DNA of 64,000 nt, taken from Pristiophorus japonicus (Eukaryota). How positions within the stretch are numbered: position 1 is the stretch's first letter; each line of letters begins with the position of its first letter. The translations under genes were made by a program, and so were the position numbers. This document shows, piece by piece, positions 1 to 12,662 of the stretch. Below the pieces are notes generated by a model. That model was not told the DNA's origin. It ran no database searches and saw nothing but the letters and a program-made list of their open reading frames with translations. The stretch is taken from NCBI RefSeq assembly GCF_044704955.1, contig NC_091999.1, positions 43,834,001-43,898,000 of the forward strand, read 5' to 3'.

Positions 1-1470
1 GATTCTAAGATCATGCCCTCTAGTTCAGTGGAAACATGCTCGTTAAATCCATCCTGACAAGCCCCCTAAGATTATACTCTTCGATAAGATCACCTCTCAT
101 TCTTCTGAATTCCAATGAGTGGAGGCCCAACCTACTCGACCGTTCCTCATAACTCACCCCCCTCATTCCCGGAATCAACCTAGTGAATCTTCTCTGAACT
201 GCTTCCAAAGCAAGTATATCCTTTCGTAAATATGGAAATCAAAACGTCACGTCGTATTCCAGGTTTGGCCTCACCAATATCTTATATAGCATTAGCAAGA
301 CATCCCTGCTTTTATAGTCCATCCCCTTTGCAATAAAAGTCAAGATACCATTGGCCTTCCTGATCACTTGCTCTACCTGCATACTCTCCTTTTGTGTTTC
401 ATGCACAAATACCCCAGGTCCTGCTGTGCTGCGGCATTTTACAATTTTTCTCCATTTAAATAATAACGTGCTCTTCGATTTTTTTCTGCAAAAGTGCATG
501 ACCTCACACTTTCTAACATTATACTCCATCTGACAAATTTTGACCCACTCACTTAGCCTGTCTACGTCCTTTTGCAGATTTTGTGTGTCCTCCTCACACA
601 TTGCTTTTCCTCCCATCTTTGTAACGTCATCAAACTTGAATATGTTTCACTCAGTCCCTTCTTCCAAGTCGTTAATATAGATAGTAAATAGTTGGGGTCA
701 CAGCACTGATCCCTGCGGCGCCCCACTAGTTACTGGTTGCCAATGAGAGAATTACCCATTTATCCCTACTCTCTGTTTATGTTCGTTAGCCACTTTTCTA
801 TCCATGCTACTATATTACCCCCAACCCCGTGAACGTTTATCTTGTGCATTAACCGTTTATGTCGCACCTTGTCAAATGCCTCCATAAGTCCAAATACACC
901 ACTTCCACTGTTTCTGGTTTATCCACCCTGTTCGTTACATCCTCAAAGAACTCCATCAAATTTGTCAAAACTGACTTCCACTTCATAAGTCCATGCTGAT
1001 TCTGCCAGACCGAATTTTGCTTTTCAAAATGTCCTGCTACAGCTTCTTTAATAATGTACTCCAACATTTTCCCAACCACAGATTTTAGTCTAACTGATCA
1101 ATAGTTTTCTGCTTTTTGTCTACTTCCTTTTTTAAATAGGCACATTACATTTGCAATTTCCAAATCTCCTGGGATCTCCCCAGAATCCAGAGAATTTTGG
1201 TAAATTAAAACCAATACATCCACAATCCCTATCACTACATCTTTTAAGACCCGAGGATGCAATCCCTCATGTCTAGGGGATTTATCCGCCTTTATTCCCA
1301 TTATCTTACTGAGTACCATCGCCTTAGTGATTGTGATTGTGTTAAGTTCCACCCGTCCTATTGGCCCTTTACTATCCACTGTCGGAATATTGCTAGCGTC
1401 CTCGACTGTAAAGACTAATACGAAATATTGTTCAGAGTTTCTGCCATCTCCATGTTCCCCATTACTAATT
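1..1470 (-). mobile_element. Degenerate CR1-type LINE ORF2 (reverse transcriptase) fragment
   Basis: Broken ORFs 1098-1379, 849-1079, 239-616 and 20-208 carry CR1 RT motifs (KADKSP..GLHPRVLK, QHGLMK, EAVQRRFTRLIPG, SLEFRRMRGDLIE). Confidence 0.9.
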
Positions 1471-1949
1471 CCAGTAGGGCTAACTGCATTCTGGAAACAG
1501 GAGACAGAGTGCCAGTGTTAATGGGCGTTGCTGAGATTAGAGCAGGATTGCAGGTGGTTATTTTGCTCCTCGTTCTGTTTAAAACGTTTGGACTCGGGAG
1601 TCATTTAAAGAGGACAGTCCAAAACCAAAATTCATTGTACAAATGCTCTCCCCGAGAGGAGGGCTCCACTCGCATACTTAGCCTGGTCAAAACTAAAATG
1701 GTATTAGATCAGAATTGGATTTTCCCCGGCGATCACACACTCTGCCCCCACCTAGCACACCGGCGGAGAGGGCTCCATAATACCCATGGGCACCGTGCCG
1801 TGCCGGATCTTATCTGCCTGAAATACTGTCTAAAAGCTGTTCAACTGGAAAATTGAGAGAGTCGCGGTGTATAACAGAAAAAGGTCGAGAGAGCGTGTGT
1901 ATGTCTGAAAACCACCGAGCTCTGGGAATGATTCCCCAAGGTTGTGCAC

Positions 1950-2570
1950 GGTGTTTGTGTCAGATTTCGAACCAGTGCTATCCCTGCCCTGCGACTTTTG
2001 CTGGGACACTGTAGAGGGAGTTTTACTCTATATCTAACCCGTGCTGTACCTGCCCTGGGAGAGTTTGATTCGTCAGGGTAGAGGGAGCTTTACACTGTAT
2101 CTAACCCGTGCTGTCCCTGCCCTGGGAGAGTTTGATGGGTCAGTGTAGAGGGAGCTTTACTCTGTATCTAACCCATGCTGTCCCTGCACTGGGAGAGTTT
2201 GATGGGTCAGTGTAGAGGGAGATTTACACTGTATCCAACCCGTGCTGTCCCTGCCCTGGGAGAGTTTGATGGATCAGTGTAGAGGGAGCTTTACTCTGTA
2301 TCTAACCCATGCTTTCCCTGCCCTGGGAGAGTTTGATGGGTCAGTGTAGAGGGAGCATTACTCTATATCTAACCGTGCTCTCCCTGCACTTGGAATGTTT
2401 GATGGGTCGGTGTAGAGGGAGCTGTACTCTGTATCTAATGCGTGCTTTACCTGCCCTGTGAGTATTTGATTGGACAGTGTATAGGGGCATTTACCTTATA
2501 TCAATCCCATGCTGTACCTGCCCTAGGAGATTTGTATGGGATACTGGAGAGGGAAACTTACTCTGTCGTG
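1950..2570 (+). repeat. 67-bp tandem repeat (GTAGAGGGAGCTTTACTCTGTATCTAACCCGTGCTGTCCCTGCCCTGGGAGAGTTTGATGGGTCAGT-like), ~9 copies
   Basis: GAGGGAGCTT recurs at 2081 and 2148 (period 67); the same unit occurs reverse-complemented at 16.3-17.7 kb, 34.2-34.7 kb, 50.3-50.5 kb and 60.1-60.5 kb. Confidence 0.9.
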
Positions 2571-3019
2571 TACTGAAATGTGACAAGCTGTGATGGAGCA
2601 GAGTCCTGCTCTTTGATAGAACCTGCCATGTGACTGCGACAGACCATAATATTCGAGGAGGCTGCATGGTGCATCTGGTCGCTGTGCAGTAATTGCGCCT
2701 CTGGGACCGGATACAACAAGGCAGCGGTAGAGGTGTCTTTACTCCAGGGACACTGGGTGGCGCAGTGGGTCTTTCACCAATGAGACTTGGTTTCAATCAC
2801 AACCCAGACAGGACGGGTGAAACATACCTGTCAGGTAAATAAAACACAGTGTGACAGGGAAAATGGAGCCATGGAGAAATAAACAGAGCAAATTCCAAGT
2901 TAGTTTATTTGTGATTCCAGATTTATTAACAATGTCATAGAAAACAATTTACAGGGAAGTTTAAAAAAGTGAACACAAAGTGAATACAACTGAGCAGAAC
3001 ATTGAGAACCGAACTCAGA

Positions 3020-3450
3020 TGGATTGGGCCTGTACTCTCTGGAGTTTAGAATAATGAGAGGTGATCGGATTGAAACATAAGATTCTGAGAGCGATTGACA
3101 GGATAAATGCTGAAGCGTTGTTTCTCCCTGGCTGGAGAGTCCAGAACTAGGGAGGCACTGTCTAAAGATAAAGGATCGGCCAGTTAAGACAGAGACGAGG
3201 AGGAATTCCTCCACTCAGAGGGTTCTGAACCTTTGGAATTCTCTGCCCCAGAGGGCTGTGGATGCTGAGTCTCTAAATATATTCAAGACCCAAATAGATA
3301 GATTTTTGGCTCAAGCAAAACTAGCGATATAGCTATCGGGCGGGAAAGTGGAGTTGAGGTCGATTATCAGCCCTGAATGTATTGAATTGCGCAGAAAACT
3401 CGAGGGGCCATTAGGTCTACTCCTGCTCCTATTTCTTATGTTCTTATGTC
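3020..3450 (+). mobile_element. CR1 LINE 3' fragment
   Basis: LGLYSLEFRIMRGD-type coding remnant followed by CR1 3' UTR ending in TTCTTATGTTCTTATG. Confidence 0.8.
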
Positions 3451-3736
3451 GGAGCTGCCAGCTATCTGTACTGTTGTGACAGACACCAGAGGGAGAGAAA
3501 ACAGGGGTTCAGCATAAAGGGAAGGGAAAAATTGTGAATAAAATGAGTAAAGTTACTTATTTGCACACGAAATATTCAAGGCACGGTGAAATCCCGAGAT
3601 ACAGTTACATTACAGCCACAATTATCGTACATATTTCAAACTCAAAGCCGGAAATCCCAGTTATATATTTCTCAGCTACTGATTCGGATCTAGTAACTTG
3701 AGGCATTTTACTCTGAGAATCACCAAGAGGACATAG

Positions 3737-3742
3737 TTTATT
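3737..3742 (-). terminator. Candidate polyadenylation signal of the membrane IgM transcript
   Basis: AATAAA about 60 nt downstream of the TM2 remnant. Confidence 0.5.
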
Positions 3743-3803
3743 TTTAGTGACACAGAGATGATAAACAGATGAAGAAAATCCACGGCGGCCGAAAGTCAGA
3801 CCA

Positions 3804-3811
3804 TCACTTGA
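3804..3811 (-). CDS. IGHM: IgM TM2 exon remnant (expected V-K-stop; one G missing at the acceptor junction)
   Basis: Minus strand reads TTTTATCTCTCTATTACAG TCAAGTGA; an intact exon would read CAG|GTC AAG TGA to give the conserved KVK tail. Confidence 0.7.
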
Positions 3812-3926
3812 CTGTAATAGAGAGATAAAAGAATGAAGCTGAGGTTTAGTGCTCTAGGGCATTTATCTCAGGATTTGTCAAACGGCTTCCGTCAGATGGA
3901 AGTGTGAGCGGATTGAATCTTCCCAC

Positions 3927-4054
3927 CTTCACCAGAGTGATGGCAGTGCTGTAGGAAATGCTCAGGAAGAACAGGATGATGAATGTGGAAGCGGTTGTCC
4001 AGATTTTGTCGCTCTCGTCCTCGTACTCTTCACTCCAGATGTGGTCTGAGGAAT
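3927..4054 (-). CDS. IGHM: IgM transmembrane exon TM1
   Basis: CCCCGTAG acceptor; translates (D)SSDHIWSEEYEDESDKIWTTASTFIILFFLSISYSTAITLVK with the CART motif; GTGGGA donor. Not in the ORF track (too short). Confidence 0.95.
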
Positions 4055-4769
4055 CTACGGGGATGTAGGGGAGGAAATATATTCAGATCGTTTTTAATGC
4101 GGGATGTCATACTATTAATTTATTTCCTCTTTTCTTTCCCGTAAGGTATTAGTTTATACTCTAATTTAACTTTGAATGTATACCTTGTGTTAAGTTAATC
4201 ACTCTCAGCAACCTCTCTCTGTGCCTCACTCCACAGTCGTTCTTTCTTTATGATCCTCTTTTCGTCCGTTTTGGAAAATATGATAGTTTTTCTTCAATCT
4301 CAGAGGCTAATTGATTTTGGATGACTTCGTTACGCTTGATCATTCCAGAATAATATGATGAAATATCGAGTGAGGATTACAGCTGGATCTCTATCGCTTT
4401 ACCGGTAGGTTAAGGTAGTTAATTATTTGGAGCCTGCCAAAGGGGCTATTTAAGAGATCAGTTGTGAGTTTTTACCTTGTTTATTTATTTGTTAAGACAA
4501 TGCTCTGTCCATAATTAACATATCGGTTTGCAAGAACTATATTGATCCAGTGTATGTGTAAGGATAGAATAGTGAAATGTGAGATATTATGGTATCAGGT
4601 ATTATTTATTCTGGCCAAGCATTGGTACTTTGTCCGGCCAAAAACTGCATTTTAATTGACATTCGTCTATAGCCGGACGTTTTTGTTTGTGCTCTTTACT
4701 GTTTATGTGAGTGCATGACTATCTCTTGTTTTGGATTAGTTCATGTTTCTGTGTCTCTGTGAGGGTGTT

Positions 4770-7700
4770 ACTGTGTGTGTTTATGTAATTGTGTGCGTGC
4801 TTTTCTCTGTGTGTGTACGTTTATGTGTAAAAGTGTGTGTGTGTGTGTGTTTATGTGTAACTGTGTTTGTTGATGTGTAAGTTTGTGCACGTGTGCAGTT
4901 GTAAGATTGAGTATGCCTGTGTAAATCTTTGTGTTATTTTGTGTAAGTGGGCCTGTGTCTATATGGAAGCGTGTGTTTATCTGTAATTATGAGTGTGCGA
5001 TTTGGTGTAGTTGGGTGCAGGTAAGTTTATGTATAAGCACGTCCATGTCTAAGGGTTTGTGTATTGATGTTTGTGTGTGTATGTTTGTGTGCAAGTGTGT
5101 TCACGTGTGTGCATTTGTGTAAGTGTATGTGTATCCTTGTGTATATGTATGTAAGTTCATGTGTGTGTTTGTCTGTAAGTGTAAGTGTGTGATTATGTCT
5201 GAGTGTTCGTTTATGTTTAGGTGTAAGCGTGTGCGTGTTTACATGTAACAGTGGGTTTGCAGGTAAGTTTGTGTGTGTTTGTGTGTGTGTGTTTTATGTT
5301 AGTGTGTGTGTGGATTGATGTGTGTGTTTATGTGTGTGTAAGTGTGTGTAAGTGTGTTTTTGTAAGTGAGTGTTTGGATTGATGTATGTGGAAGTGTGTG
5401 TTTGTAAGTGGGTGTTTGGATTGACGTGTGTGAAAATGTGTGTGTGTAAGTGTGTATAAGTGTGCTTTTTGTAAGTGTGTTTGGATTGATTTTTGTGTTT
5501 ATGTGTGTTTAAGTGTGTGTACGTGTGTTTTGTGTAAGTGCATGTGTGGATTCATGTGTGCGTTTATGTGTTTGTAAATGTGTTTTGTGTAAGTGTGTAT
5601 AAGTGTTTGCACGTGTGTTTTGTGTAAGTGTGTGTGTGGATTGACGTGTGTGTTTATGTGTGTGTAGTGTGTGTGTGTGTGTGTTTTGGGTAAGTGCGTG
5701 TGTGGATTGATGTGTATGTTTATGTGTGTGTAAGTGTGCTTTGCGTAAGTGCGTGTGTGGATTGATGTGTATGTTTATGTGTGAGTAAGTGTGTTTTGTG
5801 TAAGTGTGTGTGTGGATTGATGTGTGTGTTAATGTGTGTGTAAGTGTGTGTACCTGTGTTTTGTGTAAGTGTATGTGTGGATTGATGTGTGTGTGTATGT
5901 GTGTGAAAGCGTGTTTTGTGTAAGTGCGTGTATGGATTGATGTGTCTATTTATGTGTGTGCAAGTGTGCTTTTTGTAAGTGTGTTTGGATTGGTATGTGT
6001 GTACTTATGTGTGTGTAAGTGTGTTCCGTGTAAGTGTGTGTAAGTGTGCTTTGTGTAATTGTGTGTTTGGATTGATGTGTGTGTGTAAGTGTGTGTAAGT
6101 GTATTTTGTGTAAGTGTATGTGTGGATTGATGTGAAGTAATTATGGGTGTGTAAGTGCGTGTCAGTATGTTTTGTGAAATGTGTGTGTGGATTGAAGTGT
6201 GTCTTTATGTGTGTGTAACTGTGTTTTGTGTAGTGTGTGTTTGGATTATTGTCTATTATTGCTAATGTTCGAAGTTTCAGAGAGTATCAATAACTGGATT
6301 TTACAATGATGGTTTTCATTATATTCTAGTTATGTGTAATATTGTGTGTCAGAGTGTTAACGTATGTCATTATATATAAGTCTATGTGTGTTTATGTGTA
6401 ATTGTGCACTTACACAAAAACACAAACACTTACACAAAATCATCAACACACTTCCATGTGAACACACACAACCTCACTTTCATATTTATTCTCCCGACTC
6501 TGTAAATGTGTTCTGTTTGAGGAATAATGTGACGTCAGCCGAAAGAATGCAACAATTCAACCGATGGGCCTCAGAAACATCAGGGACACTGTGAGAAACC
6601 CGCAGAGGATTAATTCACCAGTTTAGATATGGCCCGTTAGAATTCAACATGTTCGTTTACAATTAACAGGTACAATTTCACCCCAACACTATTTAAAAAT
6701 ATTACGTGGAATAAATAGTTATTTCAGAATAGAATACTCATGTGGCAAGTTTAAAATCTTTACACCATGGGTTAGAATCTCACATTGTACACAGTGTGTT
6801 TATGTGTGTGTAAATGTGATTTTTGTAAATGTGTATAAGTGTTTGTAAGTGTGTGTAAGTGTTTGCACCTGTGTTTTGTGTAAGTGTGTGTGTGGATTGA
6901 CCTGTGTGTTTATGTGTGTGTGCGTGTGTGGATTGATGTGTATGTTTGTGTGTGTAAGTGTGTTTTGTGTAAGTGCGTGTGTGGATTGATATGTGTATTT
7001 ATGTGTGCATAAGTGTGTTTTGTGTAAGTGTGTCTGTGGATTGATGTGAGTATTTATGTGTGTGTAAGTGTGTTTGGTGTAAGTACGTGTGTGGATTGAT
7101 GTGTGTGTTTATGTGTGTGAAAGTATCTTTTTTGTAAGTGCGTGTATGGATTGATGTGTGTATTTATGTGTGTGTAAGTATATGCAAGTGTGTTTTTTGT
7201 AAGTGTGTGTTTGGATTGGTGTGTGTGTGTTTATGTGTGTGTAAGTGTGTTTGGTGTAAGTGTGTGTGTGGCTTGATGTGTGTGTTTATGTGTGTGAAAG
7301 TATGTTTTATGTAAGTGCGTGTATGGATTGATGTGTGTATTTATGTGTGTGTAAGTATATGCAAGTGTGGTTTTTGTAAGTGTGTGTTTGGATTGGTGTC
7401 TGTGTGTTTATGTGTGTGTAAGTGTGTTTGGTGTAAGTGTGTGTGTGGATTGATGTGTGTGTTTATGTGTGTGAAAGTATGTTTTATGTAAGTGCGTGTA
7501 TGGATTGATGTGTGTATTTATGTGTGTGTAAGTGTGTGCAAGTGTGCATTTTGTAAGTGTGTGTTTGGATTGGTGTGTGTGTTTATGCGTGTGTAAGTGT
7601 GTTTTGTGTAAGTGTGCTTTGTGTAAGTGTGTGTGTGGATTGACGTGTGTTTTTATGTGTGTAAGTGTGTGTAACTGTGTTTTGTGTAGTGTGTGTTTGG
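4770..7700. repeat. Compound GT-rich minisatellite (GTGTGTAAGTGT / GTGTGGATTGAT motifs) in the CH4-TM1 intron, two blocks
   Basis: Low-complexity TG repeats at 4770-6240 and 6790-7700. Confidence 0.9.
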
Positions 7701-8250
7701 ATTGATATCTATTATTGCTACTGTTCGAAGTTTCAGAGAGTATCAATAACTGGATTTTACAAAGATGGTTTTCATTATATTCTAGTTATGTATAATATTA
7801 TGTGTCAGAGTGTTAATGTATGTCTTTATATGTAAGTCTATGTGTGTTTATGTGTAATTGTGCACTTACACAAAAACACACACACTTACACAAAGTCATC
7901 AACATACTTCCATGTGAACACACACAAACTCACTTTCACATTTATTCTCCCTGGCTCTGTGTAAATGTGTTCTGTTTGAGGAATTATGTGACGTCAGCTG
8001 AAAGAATGCAACGATTCAACCGATGGGCCTCAGAAACATCAGGGACACAACTGTGAGAAACCCGCAGTGGATTCAATCACCAGTTTAGATATGGCCCATT
8101 AGAATTCAACATGTTTGTTTACAATTAACAGGGACTGCTGCACCCCCAACCCTATTTAAAAATATTACGTGGAATAAATAGTTATTTCAGAATATAATAC
8201 TCATGTGGCAAATTTAAAATATTTAGACCATGGTTTAGAATCTCACATTG
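6225..8250. repeat. Tandem duplication: ~570-bp unique segment 6225-6790 repeated at 7680-8250
   Basis: Near-identical sequence; twin ORFs 6364-6594 and 7820-8056 give a period of ~1456 bp. Confidence 0.9.
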
Positions 8251-8289
8251 TACTGATGCCAACTTAGTCCATATAAAATAGGGTGGTTC

Positions 8290-8700
8290 ACTTCCCATGT
8301 CCCTGCAGGGGGCGCAGTGGTGATTACATGAATTACACATTGCCCTTTCCCCTCTCGCTGGTGGATGTGATAGGTCCAGTAAGCTAATAATTACCCTTTA
8401 CTCTCTCACAGCTGGGGGAGTGGGGAGCGACAGTAGATTACCAATTACCCATCACAATCTCTGCTGGGGGAGTGCCTGATACAGTGGGTTAACTATTGCC
8501 CATTTCCCTATCTCTGGTGGAGGAGGGAGTGTACAGTGGGTTAACAATTGCTGTTCCTCTCACTCGCTGTTGGGGGAATGGTATTAAAGTGGCCCAACAA
8601 TTACCGTCCCCCCCCCCTCTCTCTAGTTAGGGAAGTGGTTCTAAAGTTGGTTAACAATTACCCTTTCCCCTCTCTCAGGTGGGGAGTGGAGGTACAGTTC
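8290..8700. repeat. Degenerate ~52-bp tandem repeat
   Basis: Recurrent CAATTACCCTTTCCCCTCTC..GGGGAGTG motif about every 52 bp. Confidence 0.6.
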
Positions 8701-9053
8701 GTGTTCGTGTGTGGCACTCACTTCAGTTCCCCGTGGCTGCAATATGAAACTGACTTCAATTCTGAATTTGCGGTAGACAACCCGAGAAATAGGGACACCG
8801 AGATATAAATGTGCTGCCTTTATTTATCGGAAATAGGAAAGGTAGGAAGTTTGTGAAGTTACTTTCATGAATCCTGTAAAGATAGAGCTTCACGCTGTCT
8901 CTAGCCCATGGTGTTTCTGCACTGGGAGCTCTGGCTGTACAAGCCTTGGACCAGAGAACAGCAAACCCCCTACTTCGCCCTCACATTGGCCAAAATAGGA
9001 AACACAATTAATTGAGCGGCAGTGTGTTTAGCTCACTGTTGGAAGGAGAACAC

Positions 9054-9059
9054 TTTATT
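9054..9059 (-). terminator. Polyadenylation signal of the secretory IgM transcript
   Basis: AATAAA about 40 nt after the secretory stop codon (9100-9098). Confidence 0.8.
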
Positions 9060-9097
9060 GGTTTCTATTTAAGAACTGAAAGGCAATCGAGAGATTG

Positions 9098-9489
9098 TCA
9101 TTGACAAGAATTGACGGTGTCCATCAGAACAAGGGAAATGTTCACAAAACTGGGTTTACCGCTGGATTTATTGACGATTCTGTTGGTGATCTTCAAGGGG
9201 ATCGCTTCATGTCCCACCACACAGGAGTAAGAAGCGCCGCTGGCCCACTCCTCGGCTGCAATGGATAGCAGGCTGTACATGAAGAAGGAGCTGCTGCCGT
9301 TCTCCGCCATCACCTCGGTGTTCTTGTAGTTGCCGGAATCCACCGGCTTGTCATTGACGGTCCATTTGACAAAGATCTCTCGGGGGGAGAAACCTCTCAC
9401 TAAGCAGCTGAGGCTGACCAACCTCGGAGCGGAGACTTCTTCTACCGAGGGCAGGAGGACAGACACGGCCGGTTCCCGCCGATCTTTTG
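9098..9489 (-). CDS. IGHM: IgM CH4 exon plus secretory tailpiece
   Basis: TTCTACAG acceptor; (A)[64 protein letters not shown]; penultimate Cys and NIS sequon; internal donor G|GTAAAC at 9160/9159 for splicing to TM1. Confidence 0.97.
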
Positions 9490-10402
9490 CTGTAGAACAG
9501 TTAGAATAAAGTTCAATGAACTGGACAGTTCCAGAGACAATGGGGGTGAACTTTAACCTAACGGAGCGGGCGGATTGTGGTCGTGGAGGTGGCTAAATTG
9601 GTAAAAATCGATATCCCGACCTCAACGCGCCCACTCCCGGTTGTAATATTATAGTTGAGTAAAATATTTAAATGAGAATGGAATCTTCAATTTTAACCAC
9701 CATTTGCTGTTTAACAGTCGCTGGTCCAGTTTGACACACTGTGTAAATCCCTGCAGTTACAGCGAGGCGGGGACTGCTGCACCCAGGTGGTAATTGCCCT
9801 TACACCTACCCCTGGATCCAGGGTCCCTGCCTAACCCACCCCCCGCGATCCGAGACCTCCTCACTCGGCTTCCAATCCTCCCGTTCTCCCGGGTGGCCTG
9901 TGAGACCACCGCCCACAACTCGCCTTCCTTATTTAAATTTAGCCAATTTCAGGTGGTTAGATGTGAGAGAAATGGACACTGCGTTGAATTTTAACGCTTT
10001 TCCTTTTCCCCTCTGGGGCCTTTCTGGTTTTTCATCCCGCAGCAGAGGGAACACAATCTTTCTCTCTGAAATCTTGAAGGATTGGTCTGGAAAATTACAT
10101 AGAATTTACTGCACAGAATGAGGAGATTTGGCCAACTGGTCTATGCCGGTGTGTATGTTCCACACAAGCCACCTCCTAGCTCACTTAATTTAATCCTAAT
10201 AACATACCCTTCTATTCCTTTCTCACTCATGGACTTATCCACTTTCCCCTAAAATACATAATGTCAGGTCACAGAGTGCAGAGTTCGTGGAATTACCAAA
10301 CTGAATGATCAAAGTAGCCCATTAAACATTTTATATAATGATTGGCTCTTGCACATGCCTTAGTCACAGTATCTCATTTATTGCAACAATCGCCCCGCTC
10401 AC

Positions 10403-10711
10403 CCTTTTCCTTGTGGATGGAATCTCTGATCGGAGTCGGCATATCCTGATGGCTCACAACGCAGTAGAACTTATCCCCACTCAGCCAGTCTTGTGTCGAG
10501 ATGTTTAAGTTGCTGATCACGCTGTTGGGATCCTCTCCCGGTTGGACGGCAATCTCTGATTTCAAAGCCTCCTTTTCTCGGGTCCAGGACACGGTGAGCC
10601 CATAAGGAGCGTCAGACACGACGCAGGTTAAGGTCACCGTCGCCTCCAGTAAGACCTGTTCCAGTGACGGTGGGCGAAGAGTGATTTTTGAATCACTGCA
10701 TGGGACATCCA
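10403..10711 (-). CDS. IGHM: IgM CH3 exon
   Basis: TTTCGCAG acceptor, G|GTGAGC donor, 309 bp phase 1-1; (V)[45 protein letters not shown], a C1-set domain. Confidence 0.97.
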
Positions 10712-11414
10712 CTGCGAAACAGGAATGAAAGTCAGGAAAAGCTGCAGCTTCAGAATCAGGACACCAATATTTAGCCTTAACTCTTTCAAGGGGAATATAT
10801 CACATTTGAGGTATCAACCTCCCGCTGTTGCTTTAACACCGTTATTGGAAGGACAATTAATTGGCAACGATTCCAGGAGAACTGTAACATTTCCTGTGTA
10901 TTTGCAGCCAGAGACACCTGTAACGGGCTGTGAAGCAAATACCCGGAGTAAAATGGGAATTCTTTAGGGCGCAATTATGTTAGGCATTGAATAGCGCTCT
11001 TCCTGAAATCCCTTGCTCCTTTACACCCGTCTATAGATACTTGCACCCAAATTCATCTCTGCTGGTTATAATAGCTGAAGCCCGAATAGCCCGAGGTTCA
11101 AGAGGTCGACACCAGCATTATACTGGTTCAAAACCAGTGTCAAATTAATTTCAAGATTTATGGGACAACAGGAAACAATGTTAAGTTTCTGGTATCTTGC
11201 TGCGTTTTTTGTTGCGGTGAAAATGTGCAGTAACCAGTCACAGCCCCCGTCTGAGGAGAAGTGCAAGGTCGGGAGAATGGAGTTCCAAGGAATCTTTATG
11301 GTGGGGCATCATTTGTAATGGTGTGAAGTAGTTTTTTTAATTTCTGTAAATACTGAATATTTATCATGTCTGGTGAGAGAAAGTCAGAGTGAAATATGAC
11401 CTCAGGGCATTAAT

Positions 11415-11910
11415 AGCAACATAGGAACAGTAGGTGGCCATTCAGCCTATCCATCCTATCCCGCCATCCAGTTAGATCATGGCTGATCAACACTCAACAC
11501 CATCTTCCCGCCTTGATAACCTTGCCTGACAAAAATCTATCAATCTCAATTTTCAACTTTTCAATTGAAAGCAAGCATCAGCAGCTTTTGGGGAGGGAAA
11601 TCCCGACTTGCACTATTCTTCCTGTGAGGAAATTCTTTGTGACATTACCTCTGCAAGGCCTAACTCTAATGTTAAGGTTCTGCTACTTGTTCTGGACTCT
11701 CCCATCAAACTAAATAAATGTTTCTATATCTACTCGATCAATTCCATTGATAAACTTAAACACCTCAATTGGATCATCTCTTAACGTTCTATACTCGTCT
11801 CCAGATCATTTTACATTATAGGCCCGGTTTAATTCGGGTAAACGTGCAGTTTAGCGCATCCACGTATATCCTTCCTGAGGTGCGGAGCCCAGAACTGGGC
11901 TCAGTGCTCT
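11415..11910 (-). mobile_element. CR1 LINE 3' fragment
   Basis: Reverse-strand CR1 3' UTR and C-terminal ORF2 remnants (QFWAPHLRKD). Confidence 0.7.
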
Positions 11911-12109
11911 GAATGGGGTAGATGCTCATTCTAGCAGGGTTCCTGGACAGTTGGCAGGAAAGGGTTCCAGACTCCTACTGACACTCCGTATATGATCAGC
12001 CAACTCAGGATAAACCTGTGACTAAGGACACTTCACTCACTGCCTGACATCAGAGCAAGGGGAAAACTTCTTTGGCGAGGTTAATAAAGCTGAGCAATGA
12101 GGAATCCTG

Positions 12110-12530
12110 AACCAGAAGATAGTGGATTGAATTCACACTCCAGATACTTGATCACAAAATGTAAGCTGAGTCTCCCAGTGCAGTACTGGGAGCATGGCGC
12201 AATGTCGGAGGTGCCGTCAGTTGGATCAGGTGTTAAACCGTGGATCCATCTGGCCTCTCAGGTGGAGGTAAAAGATACCTTGGCATTATTTCAATGAAAA
12301 GCAGAGGAGTTCTCCCTGGTAGCCTGGGAATATTTATCCCTCAAGAAATATCACTCAACAAAAAAAAATGGTCATTATCACACTGTTGTTTTTGGGAGCT
12401 TGCTGTGCACTAAATGACTGCCGAACTTTGTACATTACAACTATGACAACATTTCACAACTTAATTCATTGGCTGGCAAGCGCTTTGGTTCAGTCTGTGG
12501 TCGCTGAAGGCGCTGTATAAAGGCAAGTTT
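12110..12530 (+). mobile_element. Deu-domain SINE (SacSINE1/AmnSINE1-like)
   Basis: GCAGTACTGGGAG..TGTCGGAGGTGCCGTC..GGAT..GTTAAACCG..AAAGAT..TGGCA core recognised from memory as a Deu domain; reverse copies at ~35500-35910, ~51210-51650 and ~61320-61770. Confidence 0.7.
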
Positions 12531-12662
12531 GTATCGCAAGAATACACAGACTGCATGATTGGAAATTTGGAACAGTCCTCTGCTTTTTACTAATTCCAAT
12601 GAAACACCTGACTAGGTCAGCGCTCAGAATGGTCTGGAACCTCCCGGGATTGTGCCTCTTAC

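Noticed and set aside
1950-2570. Regularly spaced repeats resembling a CRISPR array or Ig switch region
   Set aside because: Contiguous tandem units without unique spacers, vertebrate context, no cas genes; the same repeat is scattered across the window
2750-2810. tRNA-like A/B boxes (TGGCGCAGTGG..GGTTTCAATC)
   Set aside because: No complete cloverleaf; probably the head of a decayed tRNA-derived SINE
2845-2883. CACAGTG + 23 bp + AGAAATAAA downstream of TM
   Set aside because: Poor nonamer and no adjacent gene segment
7408-7746. His/Thr-rich ORF
   Set aside because: Translation of the GT-rich minisatellite
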